Part shown: in pieces, positions 21,702 to 34,194 of the stretch
How positions within the stretch are numbered: position 1 is the stretch's first letter
How the letters are laid out: every line of letters begins with the position of its first letter
From: Diplonema japonicum
Taxonomy: Eukaryota; Protista; Euglenozoa: Diplonemea
Assembly: GCA_964019335.1 (NCBI GenBank)
Contig: OZ025674.1
Coordinates: forward strand, 124,001-188,000
Reading direction: 5' to 3'
DNA length: 64,000 bases
Notes under the pieces: model-generated
Databases searched by the model: none
What the model was told of the DNA's origin: nothing
Seen by the model: only the letters and a program-made list of their open reading frames with translations
Made by a program: the position numbers and the translations under genes

Positions 21702-21764
21702 CTGAAGAGATTGGCACTTGGAGGAGTCGCAAGATTAGATCGAAACTGGGAGATACCTAGTACT
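21702..21764 (+). ncRNA. Dispersed repeat copy B: type I hammerhead-ribozyme-like core, stem I not formed
   Basis: CTGAAGA(21702-08)-GATT..GATC-GAAA(21742-45)-CTGGG agata CCTAG-TA, giving a GUA triplet. Confidence 0.55.
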
Positions 21765-22094
21765 GACCATACCCCCTCCCTTTTTAGGGCATGCGGCTTT
21801 CGCTTTAGGAGTTTGCATGTTGATTTGAGTTTTTTAGTGTTTCTTTTTTGTTGTCCAAGGATGTAGGTGGCAAGAAAGAAGAAGGGAAAAAAAAAAGTGA
21901 TACATGTGCTTGAGCTATTTTCTTTTTTGTGCTGACTTTCTCCCTCCTCCCCCTTCCCCAGTTTTCTTTTCTTTCCGATTTTCATTACCCCCCCCCACCG
22001 AATTCTCCATATTTGTAGCAAAACAAACAACAGGAGGGGGGCAGAGGTCTGTCATGATTTGCTAGAACTTAGAGGAAAAAAAAAAAAAAAAAGA

Positions 22095-22314
22095 ATGGGT
22101 GCTAAAAAAGTAAAAATAAACACAAATAAGGGCACCCCTGCCCCACCGACCGGTGAACGTGGGGTGCTGGGATTCATGGCTGATATGGCGGATCCCTTTG
22201 GGCTGTTACACAGAGTTGTATGCACAAGTAAAAAGAAAAAAAAATATATAGGTTACACCGGAATACACATTAGTTCTGAACAAGAAGTCGATGACTGCCG
22301 ACCAGACGCACTGA
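22095..22314 (+). CDS. Putative 61-aa microprotein; join(22095..22217,22252..22314)
   Basis: ATG after an A-run; typical A-rich intron GTATG...TATATAG at 22218-22251; product MGAKKVKINTNKGTPAPPTGERGVLGFMADMADPFGLLHRV|VTPEYTLVLNKKSMTADQTH*. Confidence 0.55.
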
Positions 22315-22482
22315 ATTTCCTTTTTTTAAAAGTTTTTTTTTCTCCTTTTCTTTTTTTTATTTTGGTCTTTCCACGTTACACGTACAGATTTTCATAGGGG
22401 CTTTTCTTTTTTTTTTTTCTTCTTTTTTTTTTCCTAAGTTTTAAGTTCGATAGACCATTTTTTGTCGTCTTCCAGAGGGGGG

Positions 22483-22531
<49 letters not shown>

Positions 22532-22534
<3 letters not shown>

Positions 22535-23020
22535 TCGTTGTGGAAACGCGAGATGCTGCAACAACGCAACAATTGGGCACTGCAAAGGAACCCAAAATTA
22601 GACAAGTTTGCGGGGCCCTTGGAGGTGGCTCCGGGGATTACTTGGAGATCAGTGATGAAGTTCAACCTGTTCCTGATGGGGCTGGCAGGGATCATTTCTT
22701 ACGCGAACAACAGGGCGTACCAGAAGGTCTACTCAGAGAGACGAGCAAACGTAACCCAGCACAATAAACAAACAAAAGACCTTCTCAAAGAAGGTGCGGA
22801 AGACAAGGTGCAGCTCACCACTCGAGACCGACTCAACGCCATGCTGGACCAAGTACAAAAGGATACTGGTGACTGGAACCCGGACAAACTTGTCAACATC
22901 CCCATCCAACGACCAGAAGAGGGACTGACAGTTGACAATCTAAGAGAGAGCGCCATTGGGTTTGAAGCTGCTGCTGGAAACTCCGCTTTGGCAGACAGAA
23001 TTGAGAAAATGAAAAAATAA
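22532..23020 (+). CDS. Hypothetical single-TM protein
   Basis: 162-aa ORF; TM FNLFLMGLAGIISYA. Confidence 0.8.
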
Positions 23021-23114
23021 GGGGTCATTTCATTTCTTCCCCCCCCCCCCCCTTTCAATGTTCTTCTTTTTCTTTTTTTTTTTGCACACCGTCAGGGGGT
23101 GGGTGGGGGGAGAA

Positions 23115-23513
23115 ATGCACATCCCAACTGCCCTTGCCACACTGCACCTCTCTTCCCTCTTGGGGCTAACTGAAAAAAACTTACGGAAACGATATCTGGC
23201 GGCAGCCTTCGAGTGGCACCCTGACAAAGGCGATGGCACCGACTGCCTCCACCGCGAGGCCATGTTCAAGAAAGTCACCGATGCTTATGAAACCCTGCAG
23301 GTGGAGGTAGCGAAACAACCTGTCCCGCAGAAGTACTCGGGGAACCCCTTGCAGCTTTTCCAAGATTTAGCGGGGGAGTACCTGAACACGTACGAAGGCC
23401 TCGGCATCAGGGTGAAGGTGAGGGTCAAAGAGAACGGTGTGCCTGGGCCATGGTCCGACGTAGGCGTCGGGGTGGTACGAAAGGGTGAAATCGTGCAAGA
23501 AGACTTAGATTAA
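23115..23513 (+). CDS. Small DnaJ (J-domain) protein
   Basis: LRKRYLAAAFEWHPDKG...MFKKVTDAYETL. Confidence 0.85.
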   Translation: MHIPTALATLHLSSLLGLTEKNLRKRYLAAAFEWHPDKGDGTDCLHREAMFKKVTDAYETLQVEVAKQPVPQKYSGNPLQLFQDLAGEYLNTYEGLGIRVKVRVKENGVPGPWSDVGVGVVRKGEIVQEDLD

Positions 23514-23610
23514 TCCTTTTTTCCATAATTCTATTTTTTTCTTTTTTTTTTTTAACACGTTTTTTATCTTAAAACTTTTAAAAAAAAGGGTCCCTCCCCA
23601 AAAACGAAAA

Positions 23611-26600
23611 ATGGGGGAAAATGTGGTTAGCCATGGTTTGAAGGAAGGGGAGCACCTTGCCCCAACCCGATCTGGCAAGTCTATAAGCCCAGTGACACCG
23701 AAGTTGGGAGGAAGTCCGGGGTTTTCACCTTCTTTCAGGGGCATTGGCGTGTCAAGCCAGTCTCTTTTAAAACCGTTGCACCCTCTTCCACCAGTCATCG
23801 ACCCACCGCTAGGCTTGCCAGAGTTCAGCAGGTTTCAACAGATGCTGTGCTGCAGGGTGGTGCAGAAGATCACAACCCGCAATAAAAAACAACGGAGAGT
23901 TCTTGTCATACACAACCTGGGGATGTACTTGTGTGAAGTGAACAATCACGTGAGGAGGGAGGTGCACGTCGGCGAAATCACGCATTTTTACAGACAAGAA
24001 ACGTCGAAAAAAGGCACCCCTCGAGACCTGTTCGTAATGGACTCCAAGTCGGAACCCTCCATTTTGTTCGAGCAAGCTGCCGACCAAGCAAATGCAAACC
24101 ACGACATCGATGAAATCGCGACTATTTTGAACCTGTGCCGCCTGCACTGTGGGAAGCCTGCCTTGAAAGTCGAACACATCCCGCAGCACGTTGGGGTGAA
24201 GGGCCTGCGAGAGAAAGGATCTTTCGAGAAGGGTGTTCTTTACCAAACACCCGACCGGAAAATGAGACGGAGAAAGTTTGAAGAAGCAGAGGCCCGCACC
24301 ATGCTTCCGAAACGGATGTCGCTGAACCTAACCCCCGCCGACATCGCACCACTAACCATCTTGAAGGTACCGCCTGAGCTTCACGCTCAGCTCGCCCCTG
24401 TTTTCAAGGACACCGAGTGCCGAGTATATTTCTTTGAACGTGTGAATAAAATAGGCCACGGTCTTGTGCTCAACGTGAAGCGGCTTATCGTCGTCACGCA
24501 TGAGGCGCTCTGGCAGCTCACGCCTCCTGACCCCTCGTCCTCTTTGAAGGACAAGGTGAACCGCTGTGTTCCATTGGCTCAGATATCTGAAGTCCGGATG
24601 CACGAGCTGCAGATAGCCATCATAGTACCTGTGCAGTACGACCTGCTTATTGAGGTTTCGGATGTTGATGTGCAGTTGAACTTCAGGAAGGTGATTCAAA
24701 GCGTGAACCCTGCCGTGCGTATCGTTACGAATATCGCGAACATCCGCAGTGGGCTTCGTCTTAGTAAGAAGTGGGCCGAGGAGGAGTGGCGGCAACCTGT
24801 CTTCGTGTCCCCCCTGCGCCTCCCCCCCAAGCCCTGCGTGGTGTCGCCCTCCCCTTCCTCCCGCCAGCACTCCATGCGCGATGAAGAAATGGACAAGCTC
24901 ATCCAACCCCCTCATGCCTACCGCCAAGTCTCCTCAAACAACATCTACAAGTCCGCGTCAAGCAATAGCCCGTACGGGTCTTCGCATCAAGTTCCCATCC
25001 CGCCCGCACTCGAAGAAAAAGATAGGGAGAAAGAAAAGGAAAGAGAAAGGGAAAGAGAAAGAGAAAGAGCGAGGGTGAGGGAGAGGGAAAGGCGGGAGGA
25101 GTACCGGCCTAAACCCATCGAAACACAGCAAGAAACAGACAGCGAGAGCGACACGATGCTGTCGTCTGAGCCCATCACGGACTCTGATGACGACGACGTC
25201 ATGGAAGAGGAGGAAGAAGAAGAGGAAGAAGACGAGGAAGAAACAGCATCGGCTTTGGAGCAGATGGAGAAACCGAAGCAGAAGGTGCCTGTGACAATGT
25301 CGCCGGCTGGGGATGCTAGCAACCCGAAGCTGGGGCTGTCGGTCATGGAGCTTCCGCCCACGGAGGAGAACCAATCGCCGCAGCAGTTGGTGTCGCACAT
25401 CTCGCCCTCGCCGCTTATGGTACCCGGCACGACATACGGAGAGGAACCATCCCTCGAGCAGCAAGGCTATGTGTCTCCTGGGATAGCACCACCGAGCATT
25501 GGGTCACCGTCAGTGCGGGGCAGCAGCACACACATCCCACCCACCACACACGCCCATCTGACTGCGGAGGATGTGCGAGCTGTCATCTTCAACTTCTACC
25601 AAACACGGCACAAGATGTACTCCAAACGCGTCGAGCAAGTCGACAGGATCATGAGCCGCAACAAGGGGTCCGAGGCAACCCTCTTGCGGAACTTCCAAAT
25701 CAAATACCAAGACTACGACTTTTACTCTGGCATTCCCCATGAAGGGAGGGCCTCCCTTCCTTCTTTCAACAAGGCCGTTGGAAAGCTCCCCCCCCATGCG
25801 CTGTCCAGCATAGCCGATCAGGCCGAGGACTGTTTGAAGACTAATTCCACACCGCAAAAAGAACACCTTAAAACTGACCAGTCATCACCCGCACTTGATG
25901 GTCTAACTACGAAGCTCGAGAAGCTGGATGAGAAGTTCAACGGGCTGTTGGAGAAGCTAGATGAACAGCAAAAGAAAGAAGAAGTGAGGGAGAAGGTGGT
26001 TGAGAGAGAGCAAGAAAAGGAAAGGGAGGAACGAGAAAAGAAAGCAAGGGAAAAAGCAGAACAGGAAGAAAAGGAAGAAAAAGAACGACTGGAAAAAGAA
26101 GAACGGGAAAAAATTGAGGAAAGGGAAAGAGAAAGGGAAAGAGAGAGAGAGAGGGAAAAAGAGAAGGAGAAGGAAAAGGAACGAGAGAAACCCGTGGTAC
26201 CACCCTTGTCACTAGGGAAGCCGAGTGTCGACGTGCCGTCGATAATATTAACGAGTCCTGGGAAGGAAGACAAGGAGGAGGAAAAGGAAGACGAAAAAGA
26301 TGACGAAAAGGAAGACGCCGAAAAAGATGACGAAAAAGAGGAGGAAAAGGAAGAAGAAGATGACAAGGGGAAAATGATAGAGCTGAAGTTTGAGATGCGA
26401 CGGCTGCAGAGCCAAATCAAAACCCTGACAGACGAGAACAACGAGTGGGCGTTGAAGCACCACAAGATGGAGGAGATGACAAAACAGAGAGAGACGAAAA
26501 CCAGCGCCACCCAGTGTGTGGGGAGTGAAGAGGATTCGATGTCAAGTCTTCCCAGGGCTCGGAGGATTTCTCTGAATTCACCCCAAATCGTCCTTGTTGG

Positions 26601-28255
26601 TGCCGGGGCAGGAGGAGGTGAACCCGCCGACGCCCGAAGGTACGGATCAACACCCCGCCTCGTCACCCAGGACTCCACCGCCTCCCCTTTGCTCTCTGTC
26701 TCCACTGACTCCGAACTCGAAAAAGTCCCTCCTACCTCCAGCCGGCAACGGTACTCCGTTGGCAACACCCCCCGCCCCGCAGTTACAATAGAACCCCCTC
26801 TTGGCAACGTGTCCCCCCGTGGTGCGCGCTCCCCCCAGCCCGAACCCAAGCAACCGCTTTACGCATCACCCCAGGTGTCAAGCAGACGTCTTCTCGTATG
26901 TTGCGCTTTAAAGGAATCTTTTCTAAATACAACAGGACTCCCCCCCCACGGCCACCATCCCTGTTGATGAGAAGCCACTCGACACATCGCTTGGAAAGGC
27001 TAAGGTGCCTTTAGGTGACATCGTGGACCCCAGGCGGATACAAAACCTTAAGTATGCTCCACACGGGTTAAAACGTAAGCCCCTCTTTTTTAACAGAACC
27101 GCATTGCTTGAGCTGGTGTCGCAGCAGGAGAGGACGATGTCACCGGGTGTGACGACAGCAACGGAGGAGAGCGATGTTACGGCTGCAAGGAAGCAGGATA
27201 TGACCCCGCTGACACCTGAGAGGGCCGGGGGAGGTTTTGTTGGGTTACCCCCCCCTCCGCCGCCGAGTCTCACGTCACCTGCTTTGGCGAGGAAGGAGAA
27301 GAAGGTTGTGAAAACACCGAACCCAAACCCACCATTGGTTCTTCTACCACAGGACTTGGAAAACCCTGTTTTTGCAGACCCGATCCCGTATGCGCCGCTG
27401 ACGCCGACAGAGGCTGTTGAGGAGGAGCCCGACACACCGCCACCTCAGGTCCACAACATGATGAGACCGTCGCTGCAGTCTTATCAGTCTTATAGAAAAG
27501 AGGAAGACGAAGACAGGTACAGGTCGCCCTCCGACGCAGGGACAGTCACGAGCACGTCGACAGCCAGCTACACCAAGACCTTCGGGCTGCAGGCGCTGGT
27601 GGTGATGGAGGACACCTCGTACACTGACACAGCGAAACATATGAAAAATTTCCTTGAACGCAGAGGATACGTGGTGGGGGTGTGCGAAGGACGGCATTAT
27701 GCTAAACGGGCAATCCGCATGGTTGAACAGGCACAGCCAGGAGACACACTGTTCCTCTCTTACATGGGAGTAGCAAAGGAACGGGTAGGACTCCTAGGGC
27801 TCCTGAGCAGGGCCGCAACCGGGACAACTATTATTCTACTAGTGGACTCAACCTTCGGGAAAATGGAAGGTGTTGGCCTGCCGTACTCCCTGCAGTACAA
27901 GGGCGATGTGCTTGGGGTGGCTACCAACCTGTCACAACAGAGTGCCTGCTACGCGGTGACATCTTCCTTCAGCGATGTGGCCAAGATAGGCTCCTTAAGC
28001 ATGGCGTTCATCAAGTCTTGTAACAAGCGAGGTGCCGGGGTGCCCATTGGGAAGCTTATCAAAGACCTGCTTGCTACCACCCGCCACCATGTCACTGTTA
28101 GTTGTAATGTTGCATTTACGGACTCAAGTGTGTTGCCTTTGGTGCCGTCAGATGTTGAATCCTGCAGTGCTTCCGTCCCCGACACGATGTTGGACTCTCG
28201 TGGGTATCGCTCTATGGAATGGGAGTCGGTGCAAGGTCTCACCCCAAAACCTTGA
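23611..28255 (+). CDS. Large multidomain protein: two PH/myosin-TH1-like domains, charged coiled coils, C-terminal degenerate metacaspase-like domain; join(23611..26895,26936..27051,27097..28255)
   Basis: Phase-0 intron 26896-26935 fuses the 23611 and 27005 ORFs; in-frame intron 27052-27096; VQKITTRNKKQRRVLVI, RLIVVTHEALWQL; AQPGDTLFLSYMG, LLVDSTFG, GSLSMAFI. Confidence 0.75.
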
Positions 28256-28321
28256 AGGGATAAAGAACTGAAACTTTTAAAAACCCTTCCCTCCCCTGAC
28301 TCTTAACTTTATCAGGCGTGT

Positions 28322-28363
<42 letters not shown>

Positions 28364-28731
28364 GTTCTAAAACGAGGCGATCGGTAACTTTCTTTGTTTC
28401 CCGTACCCCCCCCCCCCCCCCCCCCCGATCCTGTACATATAGCATTCACCCCCTTAAAAAATGTTTAAAACTGTTTAACTGTGCAAATCTCTTTTTTTTT
28501 TTGTTTCCACGTTTTGGTTTTTTTTTTTTTTTTTTTTTTTGCTTCTGGTTTGTATTTCCCATTCTTTTCTTTTTTTCCACAAGGGTCCTGTAACCAAGTA
28601 TTTTTTTTTTTTTTTTCCCTTTACCCCATCCCTCCACTCGTTCTTCATTCCTCCCCCCCCCAAAAAAAAACTTTATAATCAACAAAACAAAACAATTAAA
28701 AAATAAAAAAGGCGAGGGAAAAAAAAAGAAA

Positions 28732-29415
28732 ATGGCATGTCCATCGTTGAATGAAATCAAGGCAAGTGGGTCATACCACGTAGTGCTGCCCGTGATCGGA
28801 AAAGTGCTCAAAGAGAGCCTTGTTACAGACACGTTTGGGGAGGCGAGCAGCGACGAGGAAGAGAGGGAGGTCACACTCTTCCACGGCCACATCTCAAAGG
28901 ACACACCGTCGATTGAGAAGTTCCTATACCGGATGTGCTTTTACGGTCAAAGCAGTAAAGAGGTTTTTGTAATGACGTACATCTACCTTCGCAGGTACCA
29001 GGAGAAGACCGGGTGGGCGTTATCTGCTGAGAATGTACACAGGTTGGTTCTTGCTGCATTTGTGGCAGCGGTGAAAGTGCGTGATGATGTGCATTACTGT
29101 AACAAGTTCTACAGCAGGCTGGGGGGCGTTGCTCTTAAAGAGCTGAACAGGCTGGAGCAAGAGTTTCTCATTTCCTTGGACTTCGATCTTGAGGTTTCGT
29201 CAAAGGAGTACAGCGGTGTGGTTCAGATGTTGAAGAAGCGAGGGGGGCAACCTTCCCCTCCCTCTGTTCCAGCATCGTCTTTCAGGAGAAAGTTGTCGTC
29301 GCTCTCAGCTTCGTCTTACGCCAGCTCGTCATCGGTGCCTCCTTCCCCGACTAGGAGAAGCACTGTCCCGTGTGGTTCGGGAGTGCAGGCGGCCCGGGCC
29401 CGTATGAGTTCATGA
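28732..29415 (+). CDS. PHO80/P-type (CYC2-like) cyclin
   Basis: PSIEKFLYR, NVHRLVLAAFVAAVKVRDDVHYCNKFYSRLGGV...ELNRLEQEFL. Confidence 0.92.
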   Translation: MACPSLNEIKASGSYHVVLPVIGKVLKESLVTDTFGEASSDEEEREVTLFHGHISKDTPSIEKFLYRMCFYGQSSKEVFVMTYIYLRRYQEKTGWALSAENVHRLVLAAFVAAVKVRDDVHYCNKFYSRLGGVALKELNRLEQEFLISLDFDLEVSSKEYSGVVQMLKKRGGQPSPPSVPASSFRRKLSSLSASSYASSSSVPPSPTRRSTVPCGSGVQAARARMSS

Positions 29416-30135
29416 TTTTTCATGGCGAGAAAAAAAAAAAAAAATCTAAGGTCGTTCTATAAAAAAAAAATTATACCCCCCCCCCCACAATGCTACCACA
29501 GTGATTTTATTAGGTGTAGTCTGATAAGGATCAAAAAACTTTTTTTAAAAAAAAATATATATATATTATTCAAACATACACGAAGCCACCGAAGAACGAG
29601 TCTTTTTTTTTTTTTTTTTTGTTCAAAAAAAAAAAAAAAAAAAAACCCTATATCTATTGCAAGAAAATTGAAATGCCACCCGAGTATTATATTCTTTTTT
29701 TTTTTTCCTCCCAGGGGCAGCAAGACCTTGGGCTGGGTCTAGGTGCGTAACGACACCTCCCCTTAAGCAAGTCATTTTTTAGGAATATCTGTGGCAGGGT
29801 GACGGGGGACGCGAAAAAGGAGGAGACCTGGAGCGACTGTCACCCAGGCACAAAACAGACTCTTAAACTTGACGTACGTAAAAGATCGAATTTTTCCTTC
29901 TCCCCCCCCCCCCTTTTTTTTAAGGACTAGCGTTATATCTCACATTTCCCCCCCTCTTTTTTTTTCTTCTTTTTACTTCGTTCACATCTTTCTTATCTCT
30001 GTTGCAGTTCAGGTTCTGTTTTTCTTCTTTCTTTTTTTTTTCTCTCTCTATGTCCCCTGCAGGGGAGCATCCCAGAGACAGGCACCACGATGCTGTTGTT
30101 TCACTCCTTCATCATACTTTTTTGTTTTTGGTTTT

Positions 30136-30171
<36 letters not shown>

Positions 30172-30824
30172 AGGATGAAAGTTCCTCATTTCCTTTTTTT
30201 TTTACTATCGAAAAGCACCACCCCCCCCCCCCCCCCCCGTCTTTTTTTGCTGTGAACGAAAATAGCTTTCGACAAGAAGCACGCGACTGTGAAGGAAAAA
30301 ATAATAATAATTGCTTCTCTTTCGGCAGGAAAAAGTATTTCTTTGACGATATCTTTTTCGTTACTATAGTACCCGTTATTTTTCTTAAAGCTAATCACTT
30401 TTTTTTTTTAATATATATTTGATGTGTGGGTGCGAAAACGCAGACGTTCCTTGTCTTGTCTTAGTTCCCCCGGTTTCTTTTGTGCAAAAGCCGACCTAAT
30501 TTTACAGTCCCCCCCCCCCCCCCCCGACTCTTTCCTCTTTTTTTTTTATATTTTTATTCTTCCAAAATACTCTATCATTATCACTGAAACTTTTCTTGTG
30601 TGAAGAAAGTTTTACCCCCCCTCTTTTTTTCCTCTTTTTTTTCTTGTTTCAGTTAGAACCAAGTGCAAACCGTGTTTTAAACAATTATGGCCTAAAGCCA
30701 GTGTCTCTTAGAGATCCCCATAAACAGACCGCCGTTGCAATAATATCGTATTTATAGGTTTTCGGTGGTTTTTTTTTTTTTTTTTTTCAGGCGTCCTGCC
30801 ACATACCGCAGGTACCCTTAAATG

Positions 30825-30867
<43 letters not shown>

Positions 30868-31862
30868 GCGGGCCGTTGCTAACCACTTCGTTCCTATAGT
30901 GAATTTTTTTTTTATCTGTTGGAAAAAAAAAGGGGAAAGGGTGAAAAAAAAAAAAGAAAAAAAACGCACTCTTTCTTTCTGGCACACCACTAGTGAGTAT
31001 AGCCCAACTATCATTGATTTTTTTTTTTTTTTTTTTCCCGATTATCCCTCTCCTCTCAAATTAATAGAAAAGAGAATTTTTCTCAACAGCTGCTTTGAAA
31101 TAGCTCTTCTAAAACTTATCAAGCAAAAAAAAAAAAAAAAAAAAAAGAAAAAGAATGTTGACAAGACTGTGGATAATTGTGTTCCCCCCCCCCCTCTTTT
31201 TTCCCCCCAGGGAAATAAAGTAAAAAAAGAGATTTACAGTGCTGTGCACTAACTCGTGTAGTGATTCTTCTTGTTCTTCTTCTTTTTTTTTTGTTTTGTT
31301 TTGTTTATACCGACAAGCACAAAAAAAAAAAAAAAAAAAAAAAAAGAAAGTCTGTTCTTTGCCCCAAAAAAAAAAAACAAATAAAAGACGGCGAAACAAA
31401 GAAAATCATTCTTTAACCCTAAGCTCATTGCCACCTCCCCACTCCCCCTAGCTTGCGCATATTGGAGGAACATTTCCCCAGTTTACTCTTTTTTTTCCTT
31501 CTTTTTTTTTTAAGTGGCAAGATTGAGGGGAGTCTTTTATTCTTCTTATTTCTTAATTTTTTACCCCAAGTTTCTTCTTTTTTTCTTTCTTCGTTTTGCC
31601 CTTCTTCGGGGCGTGCTGAACATTGGGTTTCTGAGATGTTCGTTTCTTCTTCTTCTTTTTTTTTTTCTTCTTGAACGCAACATCACAAGGAAGCCGAGTG
31701 CCATCATAGCATTTCGAGGCCAGGCTACTTCTGGAATTTCCTGCACAGCCACCTACCCTTTTTTTTTTTTTTTTCCCCGCTTCTTTTAGCGATAGGTAGG
31801 TGACAGTGAATATTAGCCAGTCCGGGAGAACGAGTAGGAAAACCCTCTTCCCCCCCACCCTC

Positions 31863-32009
31863 TTTTTTTTTAGGTGGTAGGGATAACATGGAAATATGAA
31901 GAATGTGTTGTTCGCTGTTGACCTCCCCGTCGGTTTATTACCGGTAGCGCCCGACAGATGCTTAGGGCGACGAGCACGGGCTCAGGATCTTGGTTACCCA
32001 GGACGCCCC
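31863..32009 (-). mobile_element. 5'-truncated poly(A)-tailed retroposon relic, copy 1
   Basis: Homologous to 37488-37661; ends in an A-tail on the minus strand. Confidence 0.55.
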
Positions 32010-32315
32010 GGCTGGGGTTGAGCTGTACACCGCACGCATTAAGGCCCCCTGTAATCAAGTAGATGGTGCTTATGCAGGGCACCCACCGGTTCCCTTTAAT
32101 ATTATCATTTTTCAAGGACTCTTTCCTGTTTCCCCCCCCCCCCCCCCCCCCTCTACTTTTCCTAAATTCATGTTTGGTGAATGCAACCCACACAGCAAAC
32201 TAAGTGGTAGGATCTAGGGGGGCTTTTTTTTTTTTTTTTCCTCTTTTTAATCTTAGTGCCCGACCACTTTCACTTGAGGCACTGGGGTACTGGACTCACG
32301 GAAAGTGATACCATG

Positions 32316-32370
<55 letters not shown>

Positions 32371-32608
32371 GTTTAAGCAAGATGGGAAGTCAAGTCCCAG
32401 GAAATCTTTTTATTCTAACAGCAAAAAAAAAAAAAAAGAAGAAGAGATACCGTAAGCTTGAATCTTAACTATGGTTTCCCCCTCCCTCCCTTTTTTTTTT
32501 TCCCCCCCTTTTTTTTTCTTAAGAGCTTTTACGGTATTATTATTCTTCTACTCCCACTTTTTCTTTTTCTTTTTTTTTCTGCACATAATTGTCCCATTTT
32601 AGAAGCAC

Positions 32609-32652
<44 letters not shown>

Positions 32653-33232
32653 AAGAAATCACCGAAAATAAGGTCCCGCCGATTCTGATAGGCTAGGATG
32701 GGACCTTAGCATCTATTGTCGAGACTTAAAAGAAAAAGAGCTTTTCTTCCTGTAGCCATCCCTTTTTCCCCCCTGCAACTTACAACCCCCCCCCCCCCCC
32801 CCCCCTTTGCAATTTTGTTTTGCAGTACTGCGGTGCTTTACCCACCATTTATTTTTTTTTCTCCCTGCCCTCCCCCCTTTTTTTTGTTTTGATACCGAAG
32901 AAAGAAGAACGAGAAAAAAAGAAGAAAAAAAGAACTTTAAAAAAGAAATTGGGTAGGGTGCTAACTTGACTCTTAAAATTTTTGAATGGGAGGAACCGGG
33001 GAAGGCGTTGGTAACACAATGCTTCAGAGTGCAGTCTGATCACCCTTCGCAAAGTGAAATCCGCATAAAATTTCTGACTGCTTTTTTCTAGGGCCGGAAT
33101 GGATTTTAAAACGACCAGGGGCCCAATGAGTGTTGTTTTCAACAAAAAAATATTGCTTTTTTCAATTTGTTGGGATGGGGGTCGATTTTTAAACATTTCC
33201 CGAAACTTGGGGTCTAGTTAGGAGTTTGCCCG

Positions 33233-33275
<43 letters not shown>

Positions 33276-34152
33276 CAGCGTTCCTATCTTGAAGAGCACA
33301 TCAGGATTCTGAGGAGGGAGGGAGGGGGTTTGCTCAAGAATTTCAGGGCGTTGAAAAAAGGGGAAAAAAAAAAAAATGCAAAAAAAAGAAAAATAAAAGA
33401 AAAGAAAAGAAAAGAAGGAAAAAAAAAAAAAAAACGCTAGTCCTGCTTTTTTTTAATATATATTTTTTTATATTTTTTCTGGAGAAGAAAGGGAGGATGC
33501 AAGCCCCTACCCTATTAGATATAAGAGCTCGAGGCATTATATTTAACAAAAAAAAGAAGAAGAAAAAAAAACTAGAAAAAAAGGGTGGGGGGAAGAAAAC
33601 CAATCAAAAAAGCTACTGTTTTTTTTTTTTTTTTTTTTTTTTTTTTCCATTCTTTTTTTCTTTTGAAGAGAAAATGGAAAAAGAGCATTCTTTGTGTTTT
33701 TTTTTTTTTTTCTTCTTCTTTTTTTTATTTTATTTTATTGATCCTCCGTCCTTTGCTGTTATGAAACAGTTACCGTTCTGTTTCCTCAGTGCCCGGAAGA
33801 AAAAAACAGGCTTAGGTGGATAAAGTAGACAGAAAAATAGATGTTACACTTGATCCACCTAAAAAAATTTACTCCTCCCCCCAGCCACTAGGAGGAGGTT
33901 GCCCCCATGAGGGAGTAGCTGATCTCGTGGAAAGGCGCCATCCCCCCCCTTTTTTATTCTTTTCAGAGGTGGCAGTGGAATGACAGGGGGAAGAAAAAAA
34001 CAAAAAAAAAAAAAAGAAGTAGTACCCATACCTGTATCCTCATCCCACCTCCCTCTCCTTAAACTTTCCCATATGTTATTTTGCGACTTCCGTGCTTGGT
34101 CTTTTCCCCTTTCTTTTTCTTTTGCCACCTGATTTGTAATTTTTTTCCTCTC

Positions 34153-34194
<42 letters not shown>

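Noticed and set aside
26896-27004. Programmed frameshifting, stop readthrough or assembly errors to explain broken ORFs
   Set aside because: Every break examined is resolved exactly by a GT-AG intron; TAA, TAG and TGA all serve as normal stops
33200-33222. CGAAACTTGGGGTCTAGTT as a third hammerhead copy
   Set aside because: No CTGANGA upstream and a mismatched stem III
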